This document shows, piece by piece, positions 40,060 through 53,452 of a stretch of 64,000 bases of DNA. The stretch spans positions 11,532,001-11,596,000 of the forward strand of contig NC_043015.1 of the NCBI RefSeq assembly GCF_006345805.1. Reading direction: 5' to 3'. The notes under the pieces are model-generated. The model was not told the origin of the DNA. It did not search any database and saw only the letters and a program-made list of their open reading frames with translations. The stretch's first letter is position 1; each line of letters begins with the position of its first letter. The DNA comes from Octopus sinensis. Taxonomy: Eukaryota. Position numbers and translations under genes: made by a program.

Positions 40060-41199
40060 AAGAGATAGATAGATAGATGATAGGTAGATAGATACACTCA
40101 AGTGTGTGTTTTCAAATGCATGTGTGTAACCACCACTTGTGTGTACATGTGTATGTATGCGCGTGTTTATACGTATGCTATTTGGTACGTTTTTCTCCAG
40201 CACCTAATATGCTACTGAAACAAGCAACAAAGAATATATAGTTAAGATCTACGTTCAACCAACAAGATCAATTGTTGATTGATATTCTCCTTAGATCTAT
40301 TGGAAACGTTACTACATTGGTAATTCTTTTGTACCAATAAGGTCAGAATAACCCCAGAATTTTTTTTTTATTGTCTATTGGAAATAACATAAATCTGTGA
40401 ACATCAACAAATACTGCGAGATGTACTGGTGAGTAATTCTAGTGATTTCGATATACATAAATTTACATATATCATTTGTCTTGAAATAAACTCAAAACGG
40501 AAAACTAGTGTTCCGTAGTATTCCAAGTCCAGGTCAAATAATTTATCATTAAATGTTAAGTGTACTTGTGTCACCAAACAATGGCAGGACCCAACCAATA
40601 GCGGTTGCGAAACGGCTAGCTGATAACAGTAAATTGTGCATACTATTCTCTCTGTATGCCGTAAGAAGATGTAAATATTTGGCTCTAGAACAATTTTGTT
40701 TTCTCTCATTGTCGAGCGTCTACTCTTAAAAGTTCAGTGTTCACATTTCGCTACCACATACGAATTTTACTAAACGATTTTTTGCTAACACACAGCACCT
40801 TTAGTTTACTTGCTTCATTTTAATTTCCTGTGCTTATTCATTGTTAATAACATAAGTCTGGTTGTCATTTCACTTCAGAGTATTCGTTCTTTGTTATACC
40901 TGTTATGCTCGACTGTATATAAAGGATATTTCACAAATAAGTACAAAGTGACAAATATATTGGCGAATCTGTGCTGACCGTAGATAACAGCAAACTTGAG
41001 CTTTGACGGTTGGGCTATTCATGAGTTCTATTTTACCCCGTCCGTAGCTCAGCATTTATTTTATATGCCTTTCGTATTTCCATTATACTCACAACTAAAT
41101 TACCAGCTATTGAACGTCTACATATCTATAAACCCCTTCCCATTATTATCACATTTGTCAGTATCATAGCGAACTACAGTTTATCCCTTTACTACTATT

Positions 41200-41365
41200 G
41201 GTTTCAGATTTTCGCACAAAGCCAGCAATTTCAGGGGTTAGTCGATTACATTGACCCGACTACTCAACTGTTATTTATTTTATCGAACTCCCGAGGGACG
41301 AAAGGCAAAGTCGACCTCTGCGGAATCTGAGCTCAGAAAGTAAAGACGGGCAAAAAGCCGAGTTA
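41200..41365 (-). mobile_element. SINE family B
   Basis: GAAAGGCAAAGTCGACCTCTGCGGAAT..AGAAAGTAAAGAC is the reverse complement of 56878-56930. Confidence 0.78.
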
Positions 41366-42004
41366 CTTATGTGGTAATAAACACTTCTCTCTTGAGACAG
41401 AGCTATAAATTTAAATTTTTATTCTTATTTTTCCAATCATCATCATCATCATCATTATCATCAACAACACCACTACTTAGCTTTGATTTATTTCTCAATA
41501 TTTCTGTATTCATTTACATTCTCATTTTTAACAGCTGTGTTAGTATATTTTACTTTACAAAGAGCTATAAATTCAAGGCCACTGACGTCACTGTGCAGTC
41601 TCTAGCGTATTTATATAACAAGTTAAAGGTTGTTAAGTGACCTTGATGTTCTTTACGTTGCACCCACAGTTTTGATAATTATGTTCACACCCAGTGGGTA
41701 TTTTATAGCGATTTCGTTTCCCTTTTTTTCCATTATTATTATTTTTACTTTCTAATTGAAATTATAAAACTGACTTTCAGAATTAGATTTTCTTATAACA
41801 GCTATCAGGCAAATGTAGAATTAGAAAAAGCTTCATTTCAAAGATGATCATTGTCTATCAGTAAAAGAAAAAACAAGGAACTGATTAGGTTATGTTTCTC
41901 TTAATTTTATGTTTTCGAAATGAATAATGATTCTTAATACTCAGCTTAATGGGTATTTGTATTGTGATTGGGTAGATACATGGATGGGGAGAAGGATGAA
42001 TATA

Positions 42005-42020
42005 TGGATAGATAAACAGA

Positions 42021-42112
<92 letters not shown>

Positions 42113-42115
42113 TTT

Positions 42116-42151
<36 letters not shown>

Positions 42152-42455
42152 GGCAGACCGGCATGCAGGCAGACAGACAGACAGGCAGTCAGACAGACAG
42201 ACGGAGAGACAGGCAGGCAGGCAGACAGACAGAGTTATATGGGCACAGTGATATACACAGACACATAGCAGGCAGGCAGACAGACAAACAGAAAGGTAGG
42301 TAGTTAGGTAGGTAGGTAGGTAGGTAGGTAGGCAGGTAGGTAGGTAGGTAGGTAGGCAGGTAGGTAGGTAGGTAGGTAGGTAGGTAGGTAGGTAGGTAGG
42401 TAGCTAAGTAGGTAGGTAGCTAGTTAGGTAGGTAGGTAGGTAGGTATGTAGGTAG
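42005..42455. repeat. Compound (GATA)n-(GACA/GGCA)n-(GGTA)n
   Basis: Direct reading. Confidence 0.95.
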
Positions 42456-42494
42456 GGAAAGAGTGACGGATGGACGGAGGTAGGTGGGCAAGTA

Positions 42495-42720
42495 ATCATC
42501 ATCATCATTGTTCGACCGTGGTCGAGACAATAGAATTTACCATGCTACGCCAGACTTCACGGTCCATCATGGCATTACGGAGGTCCTGTTGCTGGATGCC
42601 TGTATCCCTGGAGATTACATCAGGGTAGGAGAGTGTGCGCCCTCTGGTATTGCGAGTAGATGGCTTCCAGAGGAGAAGAGTAGAAATTACTTCTTTTTCA
42701 GCTCTACAACAATGTAGAGG
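42495..42720 (-). mobile_element. RTE/RTE-X-type LINE 3' end with (TGA)n tail
   Basis: HCCRAEKEVISTLLLWKP..RGRTLSYPDVISRDTG..LRNAMMDREVWR, stop, then TGA repeats. Confidence 0.82.
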
Positions 42721-43582
42721 GCAAGTAATAGGCCATACTACTATTTGTTTACGGTTCAGTCCATAGTGCACCAACCCTTCAAGCATTCACAGAATGAAGA
42801 TGGACAGCCAGGAAACTGAAAACATACAAATATTTGTCAGCATAAATATAAATAATATTACATTGAGCGGCAGGCTTTTCTTTACATTGGGTACTTTGCG
42901 AAATTTCAGTGAGGATAACCTGTCACCATGGAGACAAAGGAAAATTAAGCCACTTTGATAAAATTTCTCTGCAAAATTTTGTGCTCTGTTTGTCATCTTT
43001 CGACAAGATTTGCTACGACGTAAGCTTCTGGCGAAGACGATGTAATATTTATTGGATATGAATGCAGAAGGCGAATTTTCGCTGCGTGACCCTCCTTATT
43101 ATTTAGCATCGAATTTCCTAAGTGCCATAACACCACTTTCGGCAGAAAACTGTTACATCATAAAAAGCCATTCACAAAATAATCCTTAAACTGGCATATT
43201 TCTCTTAACTAGTAGGAAAAACTTATGGCAAGCTTCGACGAAATAAGGTCAAAATGTCACAGAGCAAAAGCACCGAACAACAGGAAGATGTGAATTTTGA
43301 TGGCATCGGCCAGATTTGTTGACTTTTGCGTTCCTAAAGGAATATCATCGTTCAACTGTTCAAACTGCTTCAGTTTATAGTAACACTACTTGTAAGCCGA
43401 CAACTGCTTACCAAGCTATAACTACGATCAAATAATATCTGTGAATTTCCATAAATACATAACATCGTGGAAGCTTTAGTCATAATCACCATGCACGGAC
43501 GACGTACGGAAACATTCTTGAACACGTTGTTTTTTGGCTTCGCGACAAAATACGGATACATTATGACTTACGTTCTGAGGGC

Positions 43583-43708
43583 AGCACTACCTCCTCCAGG
43601 CATTCGATGTAAGCCTTCATGTTGAGTGTGAGGCCGTGTGGGAAGATGAAGAGGTATAACGTCGCCATCCCTAGTGATCACTCCAAACGCCATGATGTTG
43701 ACTGGATG
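43583..43708 (-). mobile_element. maT/DD37D-like transposase fragment
   Basis: HPVNIMAFGVITRDGDV, then after a frameshift FIFPHGLTLNMKAYIECLEEVV. Confidence 0.72.
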
Positions 43709-43711
43709 TTT

Positions 43712-43834
<123 letters not shown>

Positions 43835-45729
43835 CGTATATATACGGGTATATATATATATGATACAGTACATTATATATACATATGCATATATACAGAT
43901 ATAGGTATATACGCACACAAACACACACATTCATACACACGCTCGCATACTTGTGTGTGTGTCTGTGTGTCTGTGTGTGTGTGTGGTGTGTGTGTGTGTG
44001 TGTGTGTGTGCGTGCGTGGGTGTGTGTGTGTGTGTGTGTGTGTGTGTATCTGTGTGTCTGTGTGTGTGTGTGAGCGAAATAGTTTCTCCGGTCTGTCTTG
44101 AACGTTAGGAGTTCGAAAATAAAATAAATCTATTTCTCTTTGATATTACTCATTACATTGTATTTCATAATTAATACAAACTTCCATCATTCTCTCGAAA
44201 CTATATAATTCCTTAATTTTTGTTTATATATTTAGGTGACGATAATTTCCTAATAAGAAGCAATGTATTGCCAAACTTAATAAGGTTTCTAATAACAAGT
44301 ATCAGACTTGAAGACTGCCTGGAACCATATGGATCAAACGGCATTTTGTATTTACGGTTCGTTTAATCTGGTGACTTGTTTAAATAATTAATTTCCATGT
44401 AGTTTCCCAGCTTTGTCTCAAGAAAACAATCCTGCAGAAAATCAAAATATAAAACGTATTCTTCAAATAGAAACCAAAATATCGCTGCTGCTACACTTGA
44501 ATGTGGTAAATATGATAATTCACCAGCAAAGAAACGACATATTTATGAAAACGAAGGCACAGCGGTAAAAGACACGATTAATACTACAATAGATGCCAAT
44601 GAAATAATCTTGTTGCTTGACAAACAAGAGAAAAATGCACACGCTATTAAACTTCAATTTTAATCCATCTGATGATTATATTTTCTTTTCTACGTTTTGA
44701 AGAGTTTCCGATCGATCATGTAATCGATCATCTTATTGACAAAATACAGCTAGTCAGTATGTTGTATCTATTTAGATAAAGCTTATTACATTCTTCTCGA
44801 TCTCTTTAAGCTCCCCACCAGAAACTTTTTCTGTAATTTTAGACTTTGAAGTGAAACACACGATGCGTTCAAACATAAAAATAGTATAAACCCTGATTTA
44901 TTCGAGTAATCAGCTGGGTATTAGCGTTGAAATTTCAAAATCCTCCCATAAAAAATTTCCAATAACGTGAGAAACCTCATTGCGAAAAAAAAAAAAAAAC
45001 AGAAGACATTATAGCAAATAAATTTATCCCCGAACTCTTATCACAGGCTTCTCTCAAGCGAAATTCTTTAGCATTACGAAAGATGACCTTACATCTCGGA
45101 ATATCGAAGAATTTTACGCTTGTATTCGCTTGCTTGATTAAAGCAATAATATCGTCAGAGAAGACTTCTCAAAATTAATCAAGGCGAAACTTTTATCAGC
45201 ATGTGCGACACCCATGTTTTTCTGAATTTATGCGGGGTTCTTCAAATTGCTGTATGCCTTCGAAGACTCTCTCATTTATTTGAGAAAGTCTTCAATAGAC
45301 ATTATTCGTAATCACTATGAAAGATTTATGGGCCTAGATGCAATTGTGCACCTGTTTTTTCTTTGCATTAACTATATGTATTGCTGATCCTATTTCTCAT
45401 ACACAGCTTCTACTTCCCGATAAAATTGTCTCTTCATGACACATATGTAAAAGTGATATCTTGTCCTTGCAAACCTGGGCACCTACATATTTACATCATT
45501 CAAGAAAATGTATCAAAATTTACTTTAAATAAAATCACATTGTTCTTCAAAACAGTAAATATTGCATAATGGTGTCCTAGATAAAGTTTAATAATAGTGG
45601 GACTTGGAAAGCATATGATTAATTTGACAAATTTTGACTACCGTTTTTTACGATGATCTAATATTTTATCGAAATAACATGAACATGGTATAAAGTGGAA
45701 TATATAAAAAATGAACATTGTAATTATTC

Positions 45730-45949
45730 ACATTATTTATATTTGACAGATATCTGTCCTCATCTTTGTCCTCAGCTGATATAACCTCCAGCCTTCTTCG
45801 TGTGTCTTGGGGAAAATTCGAATCTGGGTTCTCATTCCTAAGGTATTTTCGATGTTAATATTATTGTTGTTGTTCAGGTCACTGCTTGGAATCGAACTTG
45901 GAATCTTTGAATTAGTAGCCCGCGCTCTTATCGACTACGACATATGCCC
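45730..45949 (-). mobile_element. tRNA-headed SINE-like element (family D) with a possible hammerhead remnant
   Basis: Minus strand GGGCATATGTCGTAGTCGATAAGAGCGCGGGCTACT..AAGTTCGATTCC (A/B boxes), later ACAC-ACGAAGA-AGGCTG..CAGCT-GA. Confidence 0.65.
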
Positions 45950-46277
45950 GTGAGCAATTATTAAGTGAATTTTAGGGCTTATAAATCTAATAAATAATGT
46001 AAAAATGTACATAATTCCTCATCACCTAAATATAGAACTCTATTGTAATTATTCGTTTGATATTCGAGTTAATGTGGTTTCATTTTTCTTTGAGTAAATT
46101 TTAAACTACCGGAAAACTAGCAGGCTGTTTTATTAGAGACGACGATCATTCCATAGATAAACATCAGATATAGAAATAGCTAATATAAAAGTATTTTACT
46201 AAAGCTCTGTAAGTTGTAGTGAACACATGATATTAATGGATGTTCTAGATATGTATGAACTAGAAGGATGAAATATA

Positions 46278-46493
46278 CGAGGGGCTTCTGAAAATTCCTT
46301 GCTTTAAGTGTTTCGTGGAAGGCCTAGTTGGAGGCCTTATATTCATAGTTCTTTTACGGGGCTTAAAAATGCTGAAGGACCGCTGCAATAAGTTTGTGAA
46401 TCTGAGAAGGGAATATGCTGAATGAAATCAAAATTATCTGATCCTCTTGTATTTTCTTTTACCCAAAGCCAGGAACTATTCAGCGCCCACTCG
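46278..46493 (+). mobile_element. Mariner-derived MITE, copy 2
   Basis: TA on both sides, TIRs CGAGGGGCTTCTGAAAATTCC / GGAACTATTCAGCGCCCACTCG, colinear with 4667-4881. Confidence 0.87.
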
Positions 46494-47219
46494 TATAAAA
46501 CCAATGTCTCAAGTAATGTTAGAATCATTTAAACGAAAGAGCTAAATATACATATTTATATACATTATTCTAAAGATATACATTTCACAGGATCATAGGA
46601 AGCTAATTCTGGTTGTATTCCATATTGTTCTCATTAATCTTACAAATTGCAATTCGATTACTTTTGAAATATCTTTAACATCGACGTAGGATGTTGCTGA
46701 ACTTTTCTGAAACCAATACGACATCACATCATACTCTATACCATTGGCGCTTCCATTTCTGAATACTTTAATATTCAGGACTATGTTAGGTCAAAACCAA
46801 ATATTTTCAGATATATCGGCACATACGTTGCTTCCAATATGATATCACAAAGTTATATGCGATATATTTATAAACTTCAACGCAGCAGAATATTTTCCTT
46901 AAATATAATTATATAAATAAAACTAATATCTGTGTCTTAATAAAACACTTCTGGACAAAGACTGCAGTACATCTAGACTACAATAGAATAATTCCCGAAA
47001 GCTTACTATATCAATGAAAGATACGAGACGGGATTTTTATCTGAAGATTGCGTGTATTAGCATTTTCATAAACTTATTATTATTAGAACTATATATAAAT
47101 TAAAATAGCTCCCAATACTAATTAAAACATAGGAAAATAGACTGTAATGGCTTACATATGAGGACTACTCACCCGAATGCCGAGTATGTATATATATGTA
47201 TAGAAAGAGAGTATACACG

Positions 47220-47615
47220 TATACTCTTTTACTCTTTTACTAGTTTCAGTCATTTGACTGCGGCCATGCTGGAGCACTGCCTTTATAGTCGAGCAAATCG
47301 ACCCCAGAGCTTATTCTTTGTGAGCTTAGTACTTATTCTATCGGTCTCTTTTGCCGAACTGTAAGTTACGGGGACGTAACCACACCAGCATCAGTTGTCA
47401 AGCGATGCTGGGGGTGGGGGGAACAAACAGACACACAAACATATACACACATATTCATCTATATATATATATATATATACCTATACGACGGGCTTCTTCC
47501 AGTTTCCGCCTACCAGATCCACTCACAAGACTTTGGACGGCTCAAGGCTATAGCAGAGGACACTTGCCCAAGATGCCACGCAGTGGAACTGAACCTACTT
47601 ACCACACAGCTACTG
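47220..47615 (-). mobile_element. SINE family A
   Basis: Tail, centre and partly deleted head. Confidence 0.9.
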
Positions 47616-47814
47616 CTGTATACATATATGCATACATTCAGGCATATATACATATATCTCTAAATGCATATATATGTGCTTTTGTATTATGTAGATATGT
47701 ATATACATGCATACTATAAATATCTCTCAAACAGCCTTCTCCTCCACCCCCCCCCACACACACACAGTTATGTATATCTATATATCCAGAGAGAGATGGC
47801 AAGAGACGTATAAC

Positions 47815-47850
<36 letters not shown>

Positions 47851-47857
<7 letters not shown>

Positions 47858-49548
47858 AAAGTAATATGTGACAAATATTCGATAGCCAAGTATCAGATGC
47901 CGAGGTGGAAATCCACACCACCATCTCTTCAGTTATCCGGCCATCGGAAAAACGCTATGAAAAATGACCGTTATACAAAGGGAAATTACTGTGTTATTGA
48001 CCGCTATTTAGACTAACGAGGTATTTGAATGATCGCTTATTAAGGTAAGGGGGTAAAAAGTTCATAATATTCGCGTAAGCGCGCCTGTTCATATCTACAA
48101 ATGTGCGCCCGCACACCCACGTGCGTACGCATACATTCATCCACCCTCACTAGAAAAACGTATACATCTTCACTCGCATCCTTTTCCAAATGTATATGCA
48201 TATACATACAAACCCACACACACACGCGCGCACTGTAAAAGTTCATACATACGTCTACATACGCACAAGCACAAGAAAAAACAGGGTTAAGGGTAACAAT
48301 ACAGAAAAAAGGCGTAAGGAAGTATACAAAGAATAAACCTCGTTTATATACGCACATACTCTTATGCAAGCACACACTCACACGCCCATATACGCACATA
48401 CCCGCACACGCCTATATACTCACACACACACGCACGCACAAAAATGATTATACACACGTCTAAAAAAACAGAAAAATGTGTAAAAAAACTGAGTAAAATA
48501 CGTCTATATACATACGTACTCGCATGCCCGCACACACGCACACATCTATATATACACATACCCGCAACACGTACACATCCATACGCGCTCACAAAGGATT
48601 CCATATATACGTCTATATAGGCACAGGGAAAATGCAGGGTGGAAGGTAGAGTACAGAAAAAAATATATCTATAAAGCAAATTCTCTATAATATGTAAGAA
48701 ATATATGTATAAAAAATATAAATAAAATAAAAGTAAAAGGTATAATGAGATAAAAAAAAACTTGTGTGTGGACATAATATAGAAAGCAAGTTCTATCTGT
48801 AGTCTTGGGGGGGACCAAAAACATAATAATTTGGCCACATGTGGACATGATACGAAAAATTCTGCCACTAGCCCAACAATAAAGAAGAGGATAGGAAAAC
48901 CATCTGGTTCACACCTCCCTACTCATCCGAGGTGACCTTAGCACTGATTGCTCGACATTTTCCAGTCAACCATACTTACAGAAAGCTCTTCAATAAGCAC
49001 AACTTAAAAATCAGTTTCAGCTCAACTTCCAATTTTAAAAATATAATCGCACACAACACACAAAAACCACAATACGAAAACAGCTGTTCATGCAAAGATA
49101 AAAGATTGTGCCTTCTAAATGGAACTTGCATGTCCGAGACCATCATCTGCGAAGCTACCGCGGACTCTATACCCACTAAAGACACGGTTTCGACGAAGAA
49201 ATACGTAGGCCTTACAGAGGGTAATTTCAAGGCCAGGTTCAATAATCACACCTTGAGCTTTAGGCACTGGGACAAAAAAAATGACAAAATTATCCAGTCA
49301 TATATGACCATCAAAAGATAAAGGTGTCAGTTACAACATCCATTGGAATATTTTAGCCAAATGTAAGCCTTACACCAACGGCAACGGTAAGTACGGTCTA
49401 TGCGACATGGAAAGATGGCTCATCTGGAAAAGCAGCTTAGACCCCGCTACATGTCTGAACTCAAGGACAGAACTTTTCGGATCATGCCCATACGTGGCCA
49501 AATTTTTGTTACGTTTTTTGTCCCCCAAGACTACAGATAGAACTTTTT
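47851..49548 (+). mobile_element. Penelope-like retroelement (Neptune-type GIY-YIG endonuclease relic) preceded by an inverted pseudo-LTR
   Basis: + strand 48880-49530: RKTIWFTPPYS, KLFNKHNLKISFS, CSCKDKRLCLLNGTC, YVGLTEGNFKARFNNH..SF, IHWNIL, LNSRTELFGSCP. 48790-48866 is a diverged reverse complement of 49467-49543. Confidence 0.88.
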
Positions 49549-49577
49549 GAATGAGGTTCCAAACTTCATGCATACTA

Positions 49578-50844
49578 TTAGGCCGTCAAGTATGAAATTT
49601 GTAGAAAAGAAAAATGTTTGCTAATGTTTTCTAAATACAAGGAATAGTTTTATTCATCAAAGTATGCACCCATATTGTCAATATACTTCTGCTATTTCAG
49701 CGGTAGCTTGTCCAGTCCGTAACTGTAAAAGACTGGCCATCTTGAGTCAATAAAATCTTGGAAGGGCTGTTTTACAGCATCGTCGGTATAAATTTTTTAC
49801 TATGAAAAGTTATCCAAATTCTGGAAGAAATTGTAGTCAGTGGGGGCAAGATTAGGTGAGTATGGTGGATGGTGGAGAACTTCCAACTCCAATTCCAGTA
49901 GTTTCGCCAATGTCATTGCTATGTGTGATCTATGTTGTCTTGCAATAAAATAGGTGTGGACCTGTTGACTAATCTATGCTGTTTTCTTTTTGCAAGTGTC
50001 TGCATCATTTGGTCCAGTTGTCTGCAATATACTTCGGCCGTGATTACTGAGCCAGGTTTAATGAAATCATAATGGATCACACCTGCGCCAGACCACGAAA
50101 CATACACCATCGTCTTCTTTTGATGAATTTTGCTATTTGGACTGTGTTTTGGTGGCTCGTCTTTGTTGAACCATTGTGCTGGTCGTTGACGGTTGCTGTA
50201 TTGGATCCATTTCTCATCACATGTTACAATTCGATTAATAAATGATTCATTTTTGTGACGAGAAAGTAGCATAATGCAGGCTTCCAAACGTTGTTGTTTT
50301 TGATTTTCATTGAATTCATGTGGAACCCATTTATCCAACTTTTTCACTTCACCGATTTGAACTAGGTGAGATAATATTGTTTGCTTCCTAACACCAAATG
50401 ACGATAATTCCCGAGCACTTTAAGATGGATCTGACTCGACAGTGGCCTTCAGTTCGTCAGTATCCACCTTTGTTTCTGGTCGACCGCTTTGCTCATTTGT
50501 GAGGTCAAAGTTATCAGAGCGAAATTTTGCAAACCAATTTGATACTGCCTGCTTGTGCAATAACATTAGAATGAAATAATCCAATAATATTCCGATTTGT
50601 CTGTATTTCCAAGAAAGAGCTCATATTTCAAAACTGTACAAATTTCCGACTTATCCATCTCTAAACAAAAATAGTAAAAAACAATTTAGAAATACTTTAT
50701 AAAGCGCAAATTGAGTTAGAATAAAGAAATAGATGTGTCAGCTTTCTAACAAATAATATTGTTAAACTATAATAATGGCGCAAAATGAGCAGCTGTCAAA
50801 TTATACCGTATATTTGACAACAAATTTTGAACTTGATGACCTAA
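49578..50844 (-). mobile_element. Near full-length mariner (DD34D) element with TA TSD
   Basis: TA|TTAGGCCGTCAAGTATGAAATTTG ... CAAATTTTGAACTTGATGACCTAA|TA, 1267 bp. Confidence 0.93.
49650..50658 (-). pseudogene. Mariner transposase pseudogene
   Basis: MDKSEI start, WVPHE, VTCDEKW, LLQDN, HPPYSPNLAPTDYNFF, GAYFDE*, with frameshifts. Confidence 0.9.
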
Positions 50845-53331
50845 TAAATAATGACCTCAAACACTGACGCATGAAATGTAAATATGTGTGTCTGTCTGTC
50901 TCTCTGTCTGTTAGTATGTATGTATGTATGTACGTATTTATGTATGTTTGATACTACAATATTTGTGTATATATAATAGTAAAATTGCAAGTGATTCTCT
51001 AACTGCTTCTGGATTTTCTACACGGATTTTCTACAGGGAAATATTCTGAATCATGACAACGTTATGCCTAAAATTTCCAACTTATTCGTGCAGAATGGAA
51101 AACTAAATCATTCATCTCATAAGAAAACCTTGATTTCCAGCTTAAAATGGATGTTTTGCTATAAAATAAAACACTGCTTTATTTACCTTGAGAGGATATT
51201 TCATAAGGACTCGTAGTGCATTATGACCTTATGTCATTCAAAACGAGAATCGTCTGATACGGCAGCAGGAACTGTAAGATCATGTAACCTCATCCTGCTA
51301 TGGGTTCCTCAGTGACAGATGTCCATCAACGCGATAACAGCCGAATTTTCCGTCAATGGTATATAGAATCTCTTGTGCTCTTATGCACCACAAGTCCTCA
51401 TGGGAGATTCTCTCAAGATAAATAACATAGTATTTTCTTTTCTAACTCAACGTTCACATTAAGATGGAGATAAAGATTAATATTTTTATTAATACTGCTT
51501 GTGTCGCTACTATTTATTATCTATTACTAAGCCCATTAGCTATTTGCGACACCAGAGTCTACATAGACACTGAGATTCTATTCATAACTTTGACTTGAGA
51601 CCCAGCTGTTATTGTGCTGCGGGACTTGTGTACCTGAGGAGCCATAGCAGGGGAAAACACTTTTCCATTCAAATACACACACACACACACACAAACACTA
51701 CAGACGAAAGGGTTGTGTAATTGTTTCGCCGATAACCTATATTTTATTTCAACCATAATACAATTGTGATGTTTGTGCAATATATTATGCAATTTCTATG
51801 CTTATCAGGTAATATCTAAAACAAAGTGAAATAATGAAATCTAGTGTAATTTGTTGATCCTCGGATAAGAGAATTTAAACGTTCCGCTTTATAAAATGTA
51901 CAAAGATCCTAAAACTGAAAATTAAGAATAGTATATAACAGAAATAGGAGGATTCATAATTTGCGGATATAGACCGTAATATTAAGTCACAGAAGTTTAT
52001 TCACATTAACAAAAGCAGTCAATTGGCACTGAGAATCACATTAACACCATTAGACATTTTCAGAGCAGGCGATTAAAACAGCTCCTAAAATCTTTTTATT
52101 TCAGTTCTTATTTATATACACACATATGTACCTACAAACTCACACCTGCACATATTTTGTTATATATAAACGCATACACATACACGTACACATATCTATA
52201 TACACACACATATACATGAATATCTATACACATGCATACTTAAAATCCTAAACTTTGCATACGTGATTTAAGATAAGACAAAAGAATATGGCGTAATCCA
52301 TACCAGTGTATTACATTTGTATTAAAATTAGATTCTCTCAATGAAACAATTGTCGCAACATTTAAAATCCGTTCGTTTGATTGTTTATTGTTATTTCATG
52401 TCACATCAAATAGTTTTAGTATTCGTTAAATAACTCGCAAACATTTTTAATTGCGGATTACACAAAAACAGCGTCTGGATTACATTGATGCCTTCTGCAC
52501 TGATAATGGATTCCATTACTGTCTGCCCTGCTTGATTCTGTCAAGCCAATCAGTAGTGTACTACACGTTAATGGAACTTGATTCTTTCGGACTCCTATAT
52601 AATCAATATGTATGTATGCATGTATATGTATATATTTAGTTCGAGTTACATGTATTATTCTTTAAAGCGGTTCGATTCGTCTCCATCCGTCTTTAGTTTA
52701 CCTGCAATATAATACTGAAAGAGGGTATTTCTAATCAACGCTACACGTGTTTCTGCGCTGGTGGGGGAGTTTATCAAGGCTATACCTAATACATAAATCC
52801 ATCAGTGCGTCGTCAGGCTATTTATCTTATTGTTATTATTATTAACGGACCAAAGTAAAAAAATATATTATTAGAAATCATATTAAATAGAAAAATGAGA
52901 ATATGAATAAAAATATAATAAAAATATATATATAAATTACAAATATATTTTTTAAAACACTTAAATTACAATACCGATATATTTATATAGAAAATGCTAA
53001 ACCTAAGGAAATCCTCAACGACTATATTATAAACACATCAAATCCTACAACCTATCTATATAAACATTACGGGAATTAATAATTCAGTGTAAGATTTACC
53101 CCTATCTATACAAGTATAAATTAACATTTCTTATGTCAAACGTAAGCTAATTGGATTTAAAAAGATTATCTAGTAAAAACCACTATATTCGTAATAAATA
53201 TATTGACTAAAACTAGTAAAAAAATTAACATAGGAAGAATGATTATCGACATGATGTTTACTCTTCCTCGTTTTTGTGTAAATAGCTGATCCCTCATCAG
53301 GCAAAAAGAAAAACCGTTTTCTTCAGGTATT

Positions 53332-53452
53332 TTAAGAGTAAAATTTAACACTTAGCATTCTTTACTTTGCCTGCTGTAACGTAGATGAAAGTGTCAACTT
53401 GCACTATGTTCTATTTTTGTGAGGAATCCCAAGTGTTAAAATTTACTCTTAA
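53332..53452. mobile_element. Putative TTAA-flanked MITE (~120 bp)
   Basis: TTAAGAGTAAAATTTAACACTT and AAGTGTTAAAATTTACTCTTAA are inverted, with 21/22 matches. Confidence 0.55.
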
